From contig JAJDEI010000109.1 in assembly GCA_029259845.1 (NCBI GenBank), positions 222 through 64,221 on the forward strand: DNA of 64,000 nucleotides, in the 5' to 3' direction. The DNA is from Planctomycetaceae bacterium. Its GTDB lineage: Bacteria; Planctomycetota; Planctomycetia; Planctomycetales; Planctomycetaceae. The notes under the pieces were generated by a model. That model searched no databases. It saw nothing but the letters and a program-made list of their open reading frames with translations, and was not told the origin of the DNA. Numbering within the stretch: the first letter of the stretch is position 1; each line of letters begins with the position of its first letter. A program made the position numbers and the translations under genes. Below are positions 43,245 through 52,743 of this stretch, in pieces.

Positions 43245-45746
43245 ATGAGGTTCATCGAATGGTATCTGGGAATTCCGACGACTGAGCCCGGACAGGGGCT
43301 CGATTGGGAGTTTCGCGCGGCTTCCCCATTCGATGCAGCTCTCCCCCTGTGGGCCGGTGTGCTGTTGGGAGCGGTCGTCGTTGTGGCGGTGGTGGCGATC
43401 TACTTTCGGGATGCCCGGAGGCTCTCCTGGCCCCGACGAGCCGGGCTGATCCTGCTGCGGCTGACGAGCCTCGCGCTGCTGCTGCTCATGCTGGGACAGT
43501 TTTCTCTGGCGGTGACGCAGACCGGATTGCCGTCGCTGGCAATCCTGATCGACACCTCCGCCAGCATGGGGTTCGAGGACCGTTTTACCGAACGGGAACC
43601 CGCACAAGTGGCGGACCGTCTGGCGAGACAGGCGTCGACGGAACCGGCGAGCCGGCTGAATCTGGCCAAGGCACTGCTGACGGGTGAAGAGGGACGTTTT
43701 CTCGCAGAATTACGGCGGACGCATCGGCTGCACGTCTATCAGTTCTCCGGAACGGCGGCTCCGTTGGACCTCACCCGGGACCGTGAAACGGATGACGGAG
43801 CGGACCCGCTGGTGGCGGCGATCCGGACGTTGGGTGCGGACGGCGAGGCAACACGACCGGCGGTGGCCGTGCGGCAAGTCTTGGACGACCTGCGTGGCAG
43901 TCCCCCCTCAGCCATGCTCGTGCTGACGGACGGCATTGCAACGACAGGGGACGAGGACCGGCTGGTGCGCGCGGCGGATGAGGCGCGTGCCCGTTCGGTG
44001 CCGCTGGTGCCGATCGGTTTTGGCAGCGACGAACCGGTCAAGGACGTGCAGTTGACCGGCCTGCTCGCCGAAGACGTGGTCTTCGCTGATGACCCGCTCA
44101 CGTTCGCCCTTCAAGTCAAGGCATTTGGTTACGCCGGCAGACGGGCCAAGCTCACGCTGCGGCGGGAGGGTCGCCGGTCGGTGATTGACACGACCGAAGT
44201 GGAGTTGGAGGCCGACGGGAGTCCGGCTGTTGCCGAATTGACTGACGTGCCGTCGGAGGAGGGGGACTTCAAGTACGTCGTCGAAGCGACCGCTCTGCCG
44301 GGTGAAACGGATCACGAGAACAACGCCCTCGAGCACCGGGTTCGTGTTCGACGGGAGCAGTTGAAGGTGCTGTTGGCGGAGCGGGTGCCGCGCTGGGAGT
44401 TTCGTCATCTCAAGCCGCTGCTCGAACGGGACCCGGCGGTGCAGTTGCATACGGTGCTCCAGGCGGCGGACCTGAGTTTTCCGGATGAAGACCGCACAGC
44501 ACTTCGGCGGTTTCCGGTCACGCGCGAATCGTTGTTCTCGTATGACGTGGTCATCATCGGCGACATTGATCTGGATTACTTGAGCGCCGGGGCTGTTGAG
44601 CATTTACGGGAATTCGTCGCCGAGCGCGGCGGCGGGCTGATTCTGATTGCGGGGCCGCGCTTCAACCCGACCGCCTATGCGGAGACGCCGCTGGGCGAAC
44701 TGCTTCCGGTGGAGTCGTCGCCAAGCAATGGCGCGGGGCGGAATGGCGCGGAACGGCGCGGCGGAGAGCTGGGCAGTACGGTGCCCGGTGGCGCGACGAC
44801 GAGTGGGTTTCGTCCGCGGTTGACCGTCGAGGGGCGGACGCGGGCCGCGCTGCGGCTGTCCGGTTCGGCGGAGGAGAACACGAGACTATGGGAGACGTTG
44901 CCGCCGCTCTACTGGCTGCACAAAGCGGGGCGTCGCAAGCCGGGTGCCCAGGTACTGGCCGAGCATCCGACACGGCGAAACGGATTCGGCCCGTTGCCGG
45001 TGATCGTGACGCAGCGATTCGGCGCGGGACAGGTATTGTTCCATGCGACCGACGAGTTGTGGCGGTGGCGGGAGCGCGTGGAAGACCGGTACTACGGTCG
45101 CTACTGGCTGCAAATGGTGCGCTATCTCAGCCGCTCGAAACTGCGTGGCGGGGCGGGCGGGATGGAACTGGTGACCGACCGCAGCGTCGTGCCGCAGGGT
45201 GAGTCGGTCGAACTCAGGCTCCGCGTGCTTGATCCGGCATCGCGGCCTGCGGAGGGCGTTCTTCCGGAAGTGGTGGTCGAAGGGCCTCGCGGGCGGCGGG
45301 AAACCGTGACGCTGTCGCCACAGCCGGAATCACCGTTGATTTTTAGCGGCCGCATCTCGTCGTTGCCGGCGGGCCGGTATCACGCCTGGCTGGCGACACC
45401 GGCAAGGGGCGAGGCACCGGCGACGGACGGCGCGTCGGATGGCTCGTCGGCACCGGTGGGGGAGGGCGTGCCGAGCGTCGACTTTCGCGTCGAGGTTCCC
45501 GCGGGCGAGCTCCGGGTGCGGGCCTTTCAGGCGGCGGAACTGGTGAGCGCGGCTCGGAAATCACACGGGACGTACTATCCGTTCTGGGAGGCGGAACGGT
45601 TTCTGTCGGAGGTGCCGCCGGGCCAAACGGTGGCGGTTTCTTCGGAGATCTCTGTCCCTTTGTGGAACCGTTGGGAGTTGTTGATGCTGTTGGCGGCGTT
45701 GTTGGCGGCGGAGTGGATTTCGCGAAAGCGCGCCGGACTTGTATGA
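43245..45746 (+). CDS. BatA-like N-terminal TM domain plus VWA domain membrane protein
   Basis: Two N-terminal TM helices (LWAGVLLGAVVVVAVVAIYF; LILLRLTSLALLLLMLG), MIDAS LAILIDTSASMGF, a later class-I-amidotransferase-like block (YDVVIIGDIDLDYLSAGAVEHLREFVAERGGGLILIAGP) and a C-terminal TM helix. Confidence 0.7.
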   Translation: MRFIEWYLGIPTTEPGQGLDWEFRAASPFDAALPLWAGVLLGAVVVVAVVAIYFRDARRLSWPRRAGLILLRLTSLALLLLMLGQFSLAVTQTGLPSLAILIDTSASMGFEDRFTEREPAQVADRLARQASTEPASRLNLAKALLTGEEGRFLAELRRTHRLHVYQFSGTAAPLDLTRDRETDDGADPLVAAIRTLGADGEATRPAVAVRQVLDDLRGSPPSAMLVLTDGIATTGDEDRLVRAADEARARSVPLVPIGFGSDEPVKDVQLTGLLAEDVVFADDPLTFALQVKAFGYAGRRAKLTLRREGRRSVIDTTEVELEADGSPAVAELTDVPSEEGDFKYVVEATALPGETDHENNALEHRVRVRREQLKVLLAERVPRWEFRHLKPLLERDPAVQLHTVLQAADLSFPDEDRTALRRFPVTRESLFSYDVVIIGDIDLDYLSAGAVEHLREFVAERGGGLILIAGPRFNPTAYAETPLGELLPVESSPSNGAGRNGAERRGGELGSTVPGGATTSGFRPRLTVEGRTRAALRLSGSAEENTRLWETLPPLYWLHKAGRRKPGAQVLAEHPTRRNGFGPLPVIVTQRFGAGQVLFHATDELWRWRERVEDRYYGRYWLQMVRYLSRSKLRGGAGGMELVTDRSVVPQGESVELRLRVLDPASRPAEGVLPEVVVEGPRGRRETVTLSPQPESPLIFSGRISSLPAGRYHAWLATPARGEAPATDGASDGSSAPVGEGVPSVDFRVEVPAGELRVRAFQAAELVSAARKSHGTYYPFWEAERFLSEVPPGQTVAVSSEISVPLWNRWELLMLLAALLAAEWISRKRAGLV

Positions 45747-45848
45747 TGGGGAGCGCACGCCGGAGTTTCGCCGCACATTTGAAATGTGTGGCGAAACTCG
45801 AATGCGAGTCGAAGTGTACGGTGGAATCAATATCACGCGCAAGACCTC

Positions 45849-48800
45849 ATGACACAACGCTGGGATAATCTTGCTGAATTGGTGCGCAGCCGTTTGCGAC
45901 GGCTGGTGATGGTGCGCGGTTTGGCGTTGGTGTGCGGGGCCGCGGTGGGGTTGGTCTGGCTCGCGGGGATCGCCGACTGGGCGCTGCACCTCGATATGTC
46001 CTGGGGACGCGCGTGCCTCGGCCTGGGCGTCGTCCTCGCGTCTCTCACTCTCTTGTGGCGGGTCGTTGCGAGGCCGCTCTTGATCAGGGTGTCGGATGTT
46101 GAAATCGCCCGTCTCATCGAGCAGCGTTTACCGGCGTCAGCAAACGATTTGTCGAGCGCGGCTCAGTTTCGATCGTCGCATCTGGACCCGGCACTTGGCT
46201 CGCCGGACCTGCAGCGAAGCACGGTCTCGAAGGCGGATCGGGCGATTCAGGAGATTGATCTCGAAGGGTTGTTCGTGACGGCGGGGGCGGTTCGGCGGCC
46301 TTTGTTTGCGGCAGCCGCCGTGGGTGTGATGGCCCTGGCGTCGGTCATCGCGGCTCCGCTTTCGGCACGAACGGCGTTGGAGCGGCTGGCGATGCCATTC
46401 GCCGATGTTCAGTGGCCGCGAACGACACAGTTGCAGCTCTTGGGGGCCGAGTTGACGCCCCTCAAGAATGATCTGATGAGAACGACTGCCGGTGAGCCGC
46501 TCTCGGTTTATGTTGAAAACGTGCTGGGGCCGCTGCCGGACGATTTGACGCTTGAGTTGCGGTTGCCGGACGAGACTGAGCAGCAGCAGTCCCTGCGAAC
46601 AACGCTGCTCCGGGACAGCGGCGGCGAGTCGCATGAAGTGGGCATTGTGACGCTGCTCACCTATCGGGGACCGGTTCGATTTCGGGTTTGGGGCGGCGAT
46701 GATGACGGGACTGACTGGCGGACGCTTGAAGTCGTGCCGGCACCGGCATTGGAAGACGTTTCCATCACGCTGACCCCTCCGGAATATGCTGGGCGTGAGG
46801 TGCGAACGATCGATGGAGCCGGGTTGATCGAAGGGCTCGTGGGCAGCCGCGTGACGATTGAAGGACGGGCCAACCTGTCGTTGGCGTCATCGTTGCTGCA
46901 TCGCGAGGGGCAGTCTCCGCAGCCGATGACGCTCACGGAGGGTGGTCGCCGGTTCCGGGGGGAATTTGTGATCGAAGAACCGGGGCCGTCGTGGTACTGG
47001 TTCGAGCTGACGGATGAGCATGGTCTCGGAGAGCCGGACCCTGCGCGTTACGAGTTGCGGGGCATGGCCGACCGTCCGCCGGTGGTGTACATCGACGAGC
47101 CGGCGACCGATCTGACGGTGACCCCGGCCGCTGCGCTGCCGCTGCGAGTGATTTCACGTGACGACTTGGGACTGACGGAACTGCGATTGAGACACACCGA
47201 TGCGGTGGTTGCGCTTTTGGAAACGGGTGCGACGAGCGATGCGGCATCGTTGGAGGTGCCGGGGGCCGAGATGGTGCCGCTCGCGATGTCAGGCCTGGGG
47301 TCGGTCGAGGAAGACGTGCAGACCGTCTGGGGTCTCAGTGGGCTCGGACTGTCTCCGGGCACACGACTGACGTACTGGGTGGAAGCGGTCGATGCCTGTG
47401 ACCTCGACACGAAGCCGGATGAACCGCCGGGCCAAGTGGGGACCAGCGCGCGGCGGCACCTCGACGTGATCTCCGAGTCGGACAAGCAACGGGAGTTGGC
47501 TGCGCGGCAGTCGGGCATTCTGGATACGCTGGACGCGCTCTGCGACCGCCAGGCTGAGGCGCGGGACATCACGGCTCAACTGCGGATTCAGGCGGAGCTG
47601 GCGCAGCGGCTGCGTCCGGCAGATTTTGATCTGCTCAAACAGGCTGAGGCGGAGCAACGGGAGATCCGGCAACAGGTGGCGGACGACTCGTCCGGTCTGG
47701 CGCAGGAGGTTGCTGAGATTCTTCGCGAGCTGGACGCCAATCGGATTGACGATCCGGAGTCGGCGCAGCGGCTGGCCGTGTTGGCAAGCGATTTGGGCGA
47801 CCTGGACCGTCGTTGGCTGCAAAACATCGAACAGTCGCTGGCGCGAGCACGCAAGGCGGCCGGTTCGCCGGAAGACGGTCCCCATGATCCGGATGGTGAT
47901 GACGGGCATGAAAACGGAAACGATGGAACAGGAGAGGGTGAGGAACCGGACGATTCGTCACCAGTGAATGAGACGCTTCCGGAGCAACTGCGAGATGCGG
48001 AGGAAGCACAGGCTTCTGCGTTGGCGGTTCTTGCCGATGCGGCCAAGCTGCTGGGAGGGTGGCGGCAGCGGTTTCGTGTCAGCAGTGAACTGGACGCGCT
48101 GCTTTCCGACCAGAAAGGCGTTCAGCAGGAGACCAAAGGGATCGGCCGCGAAACGATGGCAAAAGCGGCGTCACGTTTGTCCGCCCAGCAGCGGGCCGAT
48201 TTGGCCCGCCTTTCGGACCGTCAACGGCGGTTGGCCTCGCGGCTCGAACAACTCCTGAAACCGCCCGGCTCGGAGCCGAGTGATTCGAAGCAGTCCGATT
48301 CGGAGCAGTCTTCGGGTGACACCGGCGATGCCGCAGGACATGGTGCCGCAGGGCATGGTGACGCAGGCGAGATCCCGCAGGAACTGGCCGAAGCGCGGTC
48401 GTGGCTTCGTCAGCAGAACACGGCTGGGCAGATGCATCAGGCGGCGGAGTCTTTGAAACGGAACGAGATCCCGGCAGCGGCGAGTGCTCAGGAGAACGTT
48501 CTTGCGGCCCTGCGAGACTTCGCGGAACGGCTGCATCAATCGCCGTTGGGCGATCCGGAGACATTGCTCTCAGAGTTGCACGACTCGCGGGAACAGGTGG
48601 AGACGCTGCGGAAGGAGCAGGAAATGCTTGCCGCCGCGTCACAGCAGGCGCTCGGTCCGAGCGCTGATCCCAAGCGACAGGAGCAGTTGCAGCGGTTGCT
48701 CAAGCAACAGTCCGGCCTGGCGGACGAGGCGGAGGAGATGGCCCGTCGTTTGAAGCGACGTCTGCATGCCGGTGCGGCGCGGACGGCGGATCGGGCTTCG

Positions 48801-49760
48801 CAACGGATGCACGACGCACAGAGGGCGCTGGAGCAACAGCAGCCGGAAGGGGTCGCCGTCAACCAACAGGAGGCGTTGGACGATCTCGAACAGTTGGCGA
48901 ATGAGTTGGATTCGCTCCAGCAGCAAGCGGAAGGGGAGTTGGCGGAACAGCAGATGCGGCAACTTGCAGACAAATTGCGGAAACTCGCCGATGACCAAGG
49001 GGCGCTGCGCGAGACGACGGCCGATCTGGACACCCGGCAGGCGGATCGCGGCTCGTGGAGCCGGTCGCTTCGCCGGGAACTCCGCGCATTGGCCGACCGT
49101 CAGCGGGAACTGCGCACGCAGCTCGAACAACAACAGGGAGTCATGGACGAATTACCGGTGGCGCAAGCGGCACTGGCCGGCACGGGTGAGACGATGGAAC
49201 GGGCGAGCGCGCTGCTCGATGGCCGACGGACAGGTGAGCCGACCCTGTCCGTGCAGCGAGAAGCGGAGCAGCGACTGATCGCGATCGTCGAGGTCGTGTC
49301 AGAGCCGGACGACAGCACACCGGGGGAGACGCCCCTTGCCGAGCAGCCGCCGGAGGGAGAACCGGGAACGCAGCAGCAGTCGCCGGGCCTGCAGATGACG
49401 ACGCAGCTGAAACTGCTGCGACGGATGCAGGCGGACGTCAATCGCCGCACGATGGAATTGGCGTCGGCCGATGGAACCGATGATGTTGAGGGCAAAGCCG
49501 GCGACGACACGGAAGGCGACGACACGGAAGGCGATGATACGAAGGGGGACGACCACACAAACGGCGTCGACGAGGACGTCGCAGCGACGGAGGCGATCCA
49601 GGAGTTGCGGGCCTTGCTTGCCCGGGAGCAGGGGCGGATCGCCGAGTTGTCGCGGGAGTTGCTGCAGCACGTCATCAACTCGCAGATGCCGGCGCGCAGC
49701 GAAGACGCGGAGAGCGACGGCGCCGAGAGTGAAGCCGCGGAGGGGGTGAAACCGCAATGA
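45849..49760 (+). CDS. large membrane-anchored coiled-coil protein (DUF4175-like, tentative)
   Basis: About 1300-aa ORF with N-terminal TM helices (GLALVCGAAVGLVWLAGIADW; LGLGVVLASLTLLW), a beta-rich middle and a long Q/E/R/A-rich coiled-coil C-terminal half with acidic repeats. Start at the ATG at 45849 (the track ORF starts at a GTG at 45786). Confidence 0.6.
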   Translation: MTQRWDNLAELVRSRLRRLVMVRGLALVCGAAVGLVWLAGIADWALHLDMSWGRACLGLGVVLASLTLLWRVVARPLLIRVSDVEIARLIEQRLPASANDLSSAAQFRSSHLDPALGSPDLQRSTVSKADRAIQEIDLEGLFVTAGAVRRPLFAAAAVGVMALASVIAAPLSARTALERLAMPFADVQWPRTTQLQLLGAELTPLKNDLMRTTAGEPLSVYVENVLGPLPDDLTLELRLPDETEQQQSLRTTLLRDSGGESHEVGIVTLLTYRGPVRFRVWGGDDDGTDWRTLEVVPAPALEDVSITLTPPEYAGREVRTIDGAGLIEGLVGSRVTIEGRANLSLASSLLHREGQSPQPMTLTEGGRRFRGEFVIEEPGPSWYWFELTDEHGLGEPDPARYELRGMADRPPVVYIDEPATDLTVTPAAALPLRVISRDDLGLTELRLRHTDAVVALLETGATSDAASLEVPGAEMVPLAMSGLGSVEEDVQTVWGLSGLGLSPGTRLTYWVEAVDACDLDTKPDEPPGQVGTSARRHLDVISESDKQRELAARQSGILDTLDALCDRQAEARDITAQLRIQAELAQRLRPADFDLLKQAEAEQREIRQQVADDSSGLAQEVAEILRELDANRIDDPESAQRLAVLASDLGDLDRRWLQNIEQSLARARKAAGSPEDGPHDPDGDDGHENGNDGTGEGEEPDDSSPVNETLPEQLRDAEEAQASALAVLADAAKLLGGWRQRFRVSSELDALLSDQKGVQQETKGIGRETMAKAASRLSAQQRADLARLSDRQRRLASRLEQLLKPPGSEPSDSKQSDSEQSSGDTGDAAGHGAAGHGDAGEIPQELAEARSWLRQQNTAGQMHQAAESLKRNEIPAAASAQENVLAALRDFAERLHQSPLGDPETLLSELHDSREQVETLRKEQEMLAAASQQALGPSADPKRQEQLQRLLKQQSGLADEAEEMARRLKRRLHAGAARTADRASQRMHDAQRALEQQQPEGVAVNQQEALDDLEQLANELDSLQQQAEGELAEQQMRQLADKLRKLADDQGALRETTADLDTRQADRGSWSRSLRRELRALADRQRELRTQLEQQQGVMDELPVAQAALAGTGETMERASALLDGRRTGEPTLSVQREAEQRLIAIVEVVSEPDDSTPGETPLAEQPPEGEPGTQQQSPGLQMTTQLKLLRRMQADVNRRTMELASADGTDDVEGKAGDDTEGDDTEGDDTKGDDHTNGVDEDVAATEAIQELRALLAREQGRIAELSRELLQHVINSQMPARSEDAESDGAESEAAEGVKPQ
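49500..49556. repeat. 15-bp tandem repeat x3.8 inside CDS (GDDTE repeats)
   Basis: GGCGACGACACGGAA GGCGACGACACGGAA GGCGATGATACGAAG GGGGACGACCAC. Confidence 0.8.
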
Positions 49761-50467
49761 AACTCTCAACGGAAACACCGTTTGTCATTGGCATCCTGGT
49801 TGCGACCGCAATGTGGTGCGCTTCTCCGGCATTGGGGGTCCACGCGGACGACGATCTCGACCGGCAATTGCGAGATTCGTTGGAGGGCTCCGGCAAAGCC
49901 GGCGAGGCGGATTCGCCGGTGACGGTCGTCAATCGGCTGCTGGAGAATACGGCTTCGGCCCGTGAGCGGTTGGCAGCCGGAGAACTCGACGAACGGACGG
50001 CGACGATTCAACAACAGATATTGGACGATTTGGACGCTCTTATCGGGCTGGCGGGCTCGTCGCCGCCTGCGGGCAGCCCGTCGGCCCCCCCTGCGGGAGG
50101 AGGGGCGCCGTCGCAGGCGCCGGGTTCCGGGCAGTCCGGCCAAGCACCGGTTGAGAAGGCTCAGAAATCGGCCGGAGAGACCGATTCGGCGGGAAGCGGC
50201 GAGCCGGGGGGCGATCCGAATGCGATGTCGCGGGAGTCGGCCGAGCGGACGGCGACGGCGGGAGAATCAGCCGCGGACCGGGAGCGGCGGCTGGGACTGG
50301 CGACCGCCGCCTGGGGGCATCTTCCGCCAAAAGTTCGCGAACAGATGCGGAGTGCCTTTAGCGAGACCTACCTTCCCGAGTACGATGAGCTTGTTCGTCG
50401 TTACTATGAAGCGCTGGCGGCCCGTCGCGAACAACGGGAAATGCCGGCGGCTCCTTTGGCGCCGTGA
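49757..50467 (+). CDS. hypothetical secreted protein, translationally coupled to the upstream gene
   Basis: The ATG overlaps the upstream stop (ATGA at 49757-49760). Signal-like FVIGILVATAMWCASPALG, a low-complexity middle and a conserved-looking tail WGHLPPKVREQMRSAFSETYLPEYDELVRRYYEALA. Confidence 0.55.
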   Translation: MKLSTETPFVIGILVATAMWCASPALGVHADDDLDRQLRDSLEGSGKAGEADSPVTVVNRLLENTASARERLAAGELDERTATIQQQILDDLDALIGLAGSSPPAGSPSAPPAGGGAPSQAPGSGQSGQAPVEKAQKSAGETDSAGSGEPGGDPNAMSRESAERTATAGESAADRERRLGLATAAWGHLPPKVREQMRSAFSETYLPEYDELVRRYYEALAARREQREMPAAPLAP

Positions 50468-50575
50468 TGATCGGTGTCCGTTTCTGATTGCCCCCCCATG
50501 TCTGCCCCCCGTTCGTCCCGCCGCACCCGGCCCGTCCGTCCTCCGCATCGTGATCTTCCTGAGGCGACCGGACCG

Positions 50576-51355
50576 ATGCGGCTGCAGCGCTTTCTGGCGG
50601 CGGCCGGCTTGGGATCGCGTCGGCATTGTGAGGAGTACATTCTGGCCGGCCGCGTCACCGTGGATGGCAAGATTGTTTCCGAATTGGGGGCACAGGTCAC
50701 CCCGGAGGAGCAGGCGGTCACGTTTGACGGGGAGCCTCTGCGGTTGGAGCGGAAGCAGTACTATGCCCTCAACAAGCCGATTGGCTTTCTGTGCACGCAT
50801 GCGGCCCCCCACGGGCGGCGAAGTGTGACCGAGCTGTTTCCTCCCGGCGGACCCCGGTTGTTCGCCGTGGGGCGTCTCGACGAGACGAGCGAAGGACTGC
50901 TGATCGTCACCAATGACGGCGAGTTGGGGAACAAGCTGGCGCATCCCCGGTATCGGATCGACCGCACGTACTTGGTGCAGGTCGCCGGGCATCCTCCCCG
51001 CTCGGTGCTGGAACAACTCGAACGCGGGATGCACTTCGCGGAGGGGAAATTCCGCGCCCAGGGTGTCAGGCCGGTCAAGAAACAGGGCAAGAGCACGTTC
51101 CTGGAGATTCGACTCCGCGAGGGCCGCAACCGGGAGATCCGGCGGCTACTGGCCCGGATCGGGCATAAGGTGATGAAGCTGCAACGGGTCGGTTTCGGTC
51201 CGGTGCGGCTGGGGCGGCTCAAGCCGGGCGAGTTCCGCGAACTTCGCCCGGCTGAAGTGCACGCCCTAAAGGAATTGGTCCAGAAGACGGCGTCGTCTCG
51301 TGTGACAAAGGCGAAACCCGCCAAGCGGCGAAAATCGGTTCGTCCGCAGCGATGA
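50576..51355 (+). CDS. rluB: pseudouridine synthase, RsuA/RluB family
   Basis: S4 domain MRLQRFLAAAGLGSRRHCEEYILAGRVTVDG, catalytic FAVGRLDETSEGLLIVTNDGEL, and a basic C-terminal tail. The start is uncertain (alternatives at 50474 and 50498). Confidence 0.78.
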   Translation: MRLQRFLAAAGLGSRRHCEEYILAGRVTVDGKIVSELGAQVTPEEQAVTFDGEPLRLERKQYYALNKPIGFLCTHAAPHGRRSVTELFPPGGPRLFAVGRLDETSEGLLIVTNDGELGNKLAHPRYRIDRTYLVQVAGHPPRSVLEQLERGMHFAEGKFRAQGVRPVKKQGKSTFLEIRLREGRNREIRRLLARIGHKVMKLQRVGFGPVRLGRLKPGEFRELRPAEVHALKELVQKTASSRVTKAKPAKRRKSVRPQR

Positions 51356-51543
51356 GGGACGCGAGAGCAAAGGTCGTTTCGTTGTGAATCAGAAGATCGT
51401 TCCTGCAACCTGAATCTTCCCGGCACCAAGTCGTGTTGACAGTCAAGAATGGGTAGCTTGGGTTGTCCCAACCCGTGTCGCCTCGCGACAAGAAGCCTTT
51501 GCGTGATTCGTCCAGTGAACGACAGGCTTCCTGCCGCTGCGCG

Positions 51544-51566
51544 GCACCGGTTGGGCCAACCGGTGC
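51544..51566. promoter_or_regulatory. perfect 23-bp palindrome 34 nt upstream of the pyrK-like start (operator or RNA hairpin candidate)
   Basis: GCACCGGTTGG-g-CCAACCGGTGC. No T-tract follows, so it is not a typical intrinsic terminator. Confidence 0.3.
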
Positions 51567-51599
51567 TACCCGGACTTCCCTTGAGATCAGGCGATTGGA

Positions 51600-52499
51600 A
51601 TGTCATCACGACCTAGTCTTCCCGGACCTGCTCTGCCCGGTATGGTCGCGGATGCCGGTTGGACCACCGCGCGGGTCGTCGAACAGCGAACACTGGCGGC
51701 GGGCACGTTCCGGCTGCGATTGCACTGCCCGGAGGCGGCGGCGCGAATCACGCCCGGACAGTTCTTCATGGTGCGGCCTCACGGTGGGACCGATCCGCTG
51801 TTGGGGCGTCCCTTCGCCCTTTATGACACGATCGACGGGCAAGACGGGTCTCCGGAGTCGATCGGCTTTGTGTATCACGTGATCGGCAAGATGACTTCGC
51901 TGATGAGCCGCTGGACGGGCGGCGAAGCGGTCGAGTTCTGGGGGCCGCTGGGGAACGGGTTTCCGGTGCCCCGCTGTCGGCATCTGATGTATGTGGGCGG
52001 AGGCATCGGTTATACGCCGTCGCTGGCTGTCGCGCGGGAAGCGCTCGGGCAGAGGGCCTATGGATCCCCCGCACGCTCCGCGGAACAGGCGGCCGAACGG
52101 GTCACACTTTATTACGGGGTGCAATCAGCCGGCCAACGGGCCGATCTGACGGACCTGGAAAGCATCGACGGCCTGACGATCCGCATTGCGACTGATGACG
52201 GCAGCGAAGGGCATCCGGGATTGGTGACCGATCTGCTGCGCGAGTCGCTCGATGGGGACGATCCTCCGGAAGCGGTCTATTGTTGCGGCCCGTTGCCCAT
52301 GATGACGGCGGTCGGTCGCATCTGCCGGGAGGCGGATGTCGATTGCTGGTTGTCGCTGGAGACGCCGATGGCGTGCGGGTTTGGCGCGTGCTTCAGTTGC
52401 GTCACCCGTGTGCAGACCGACGACCCCGACGGCTGGGATTACCGCCGCACGTGCGTTGAGGGCCCGGTGTTCCCGGCGGCGCAGCTCGTGCTCGATTGA
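51600..52499 (+). CDS. pyrK: FNR-like flavoprotein with C-terminal 2Fe-2S Cys cluster (dihydroorotate dehydrogenase electron-transfer subunit PyrK-like)
   Basis: FAD/NAD(P)-binding pattern (GQFFMVRP...RPFAL; YVGGGIGYTPS) and the C-terminal MACGFGACFSCV cluster typical of PyrK and relatives. No pyrD is adjacent. Confidence 0.65.
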   Translation: MSSRPSLPGPALPGMVADAGWTTARVVEQRTLAAGTFRLRLHCPEAAARITPGQFFMVRPHGGTDPLLGRPFALYDTIDGQDGSPESIGFVYHVIGKMTSLMSRWTGGEAVEFWGPLGNGFPVPRCRHLMYVGGGIGYTPSLAVAREALGQRAYGSPARSAEQAAERVTLYYGVQSAGQRADLTDLESIDGLTIRIATDDGSEGHPGLVTDLLRESLDGDDPPEAVYCCGPLPMMTAVGRICREADVDCWLSLETPMACGFGACFSCVTRVQTDDPDGWDYRRTCVEGPVFPAAQLVLD

Positions 52500-52562
52500 C
52501 AACAGCCCGTCACGAATGGCAGGCTCAAGTGTGAAACAACTTGCGTTCTGACGAAATCACTT

Positions 52563-52663
52563 GTTCCCAAGCTCCGGATTGGGAACACGCGCCTTGCAAA
52601 GCTCTGCTTTGCCGTCGCGAAACTCCGTTTCGCGGACGTGCATTCCCAAACAGAGTTTGGGAA
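52563..52663. repeat. cluster of four short hairpins (REP-like family, also at 61403-61452)
   Basis: GTTCCCAA-gctccgga-TTGGGAAC (52563-52586), GCAAAG-ctctg-CTTTGC (52596-52612), GCGAAAC-tcc-GTTTCGC (52617-52633), TTCCCAAAC-aga-GTTTGGGAA (52643-52663). Confidence 0.8.
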
Positions 52664-52743
52664 CGAGAGTGTGGGACCGAGGCGATTGAGTGCCGAACAA
52701 GTGAGTGCGAGACAAAACGACGCTCTGACGAAAGACTTTCACG

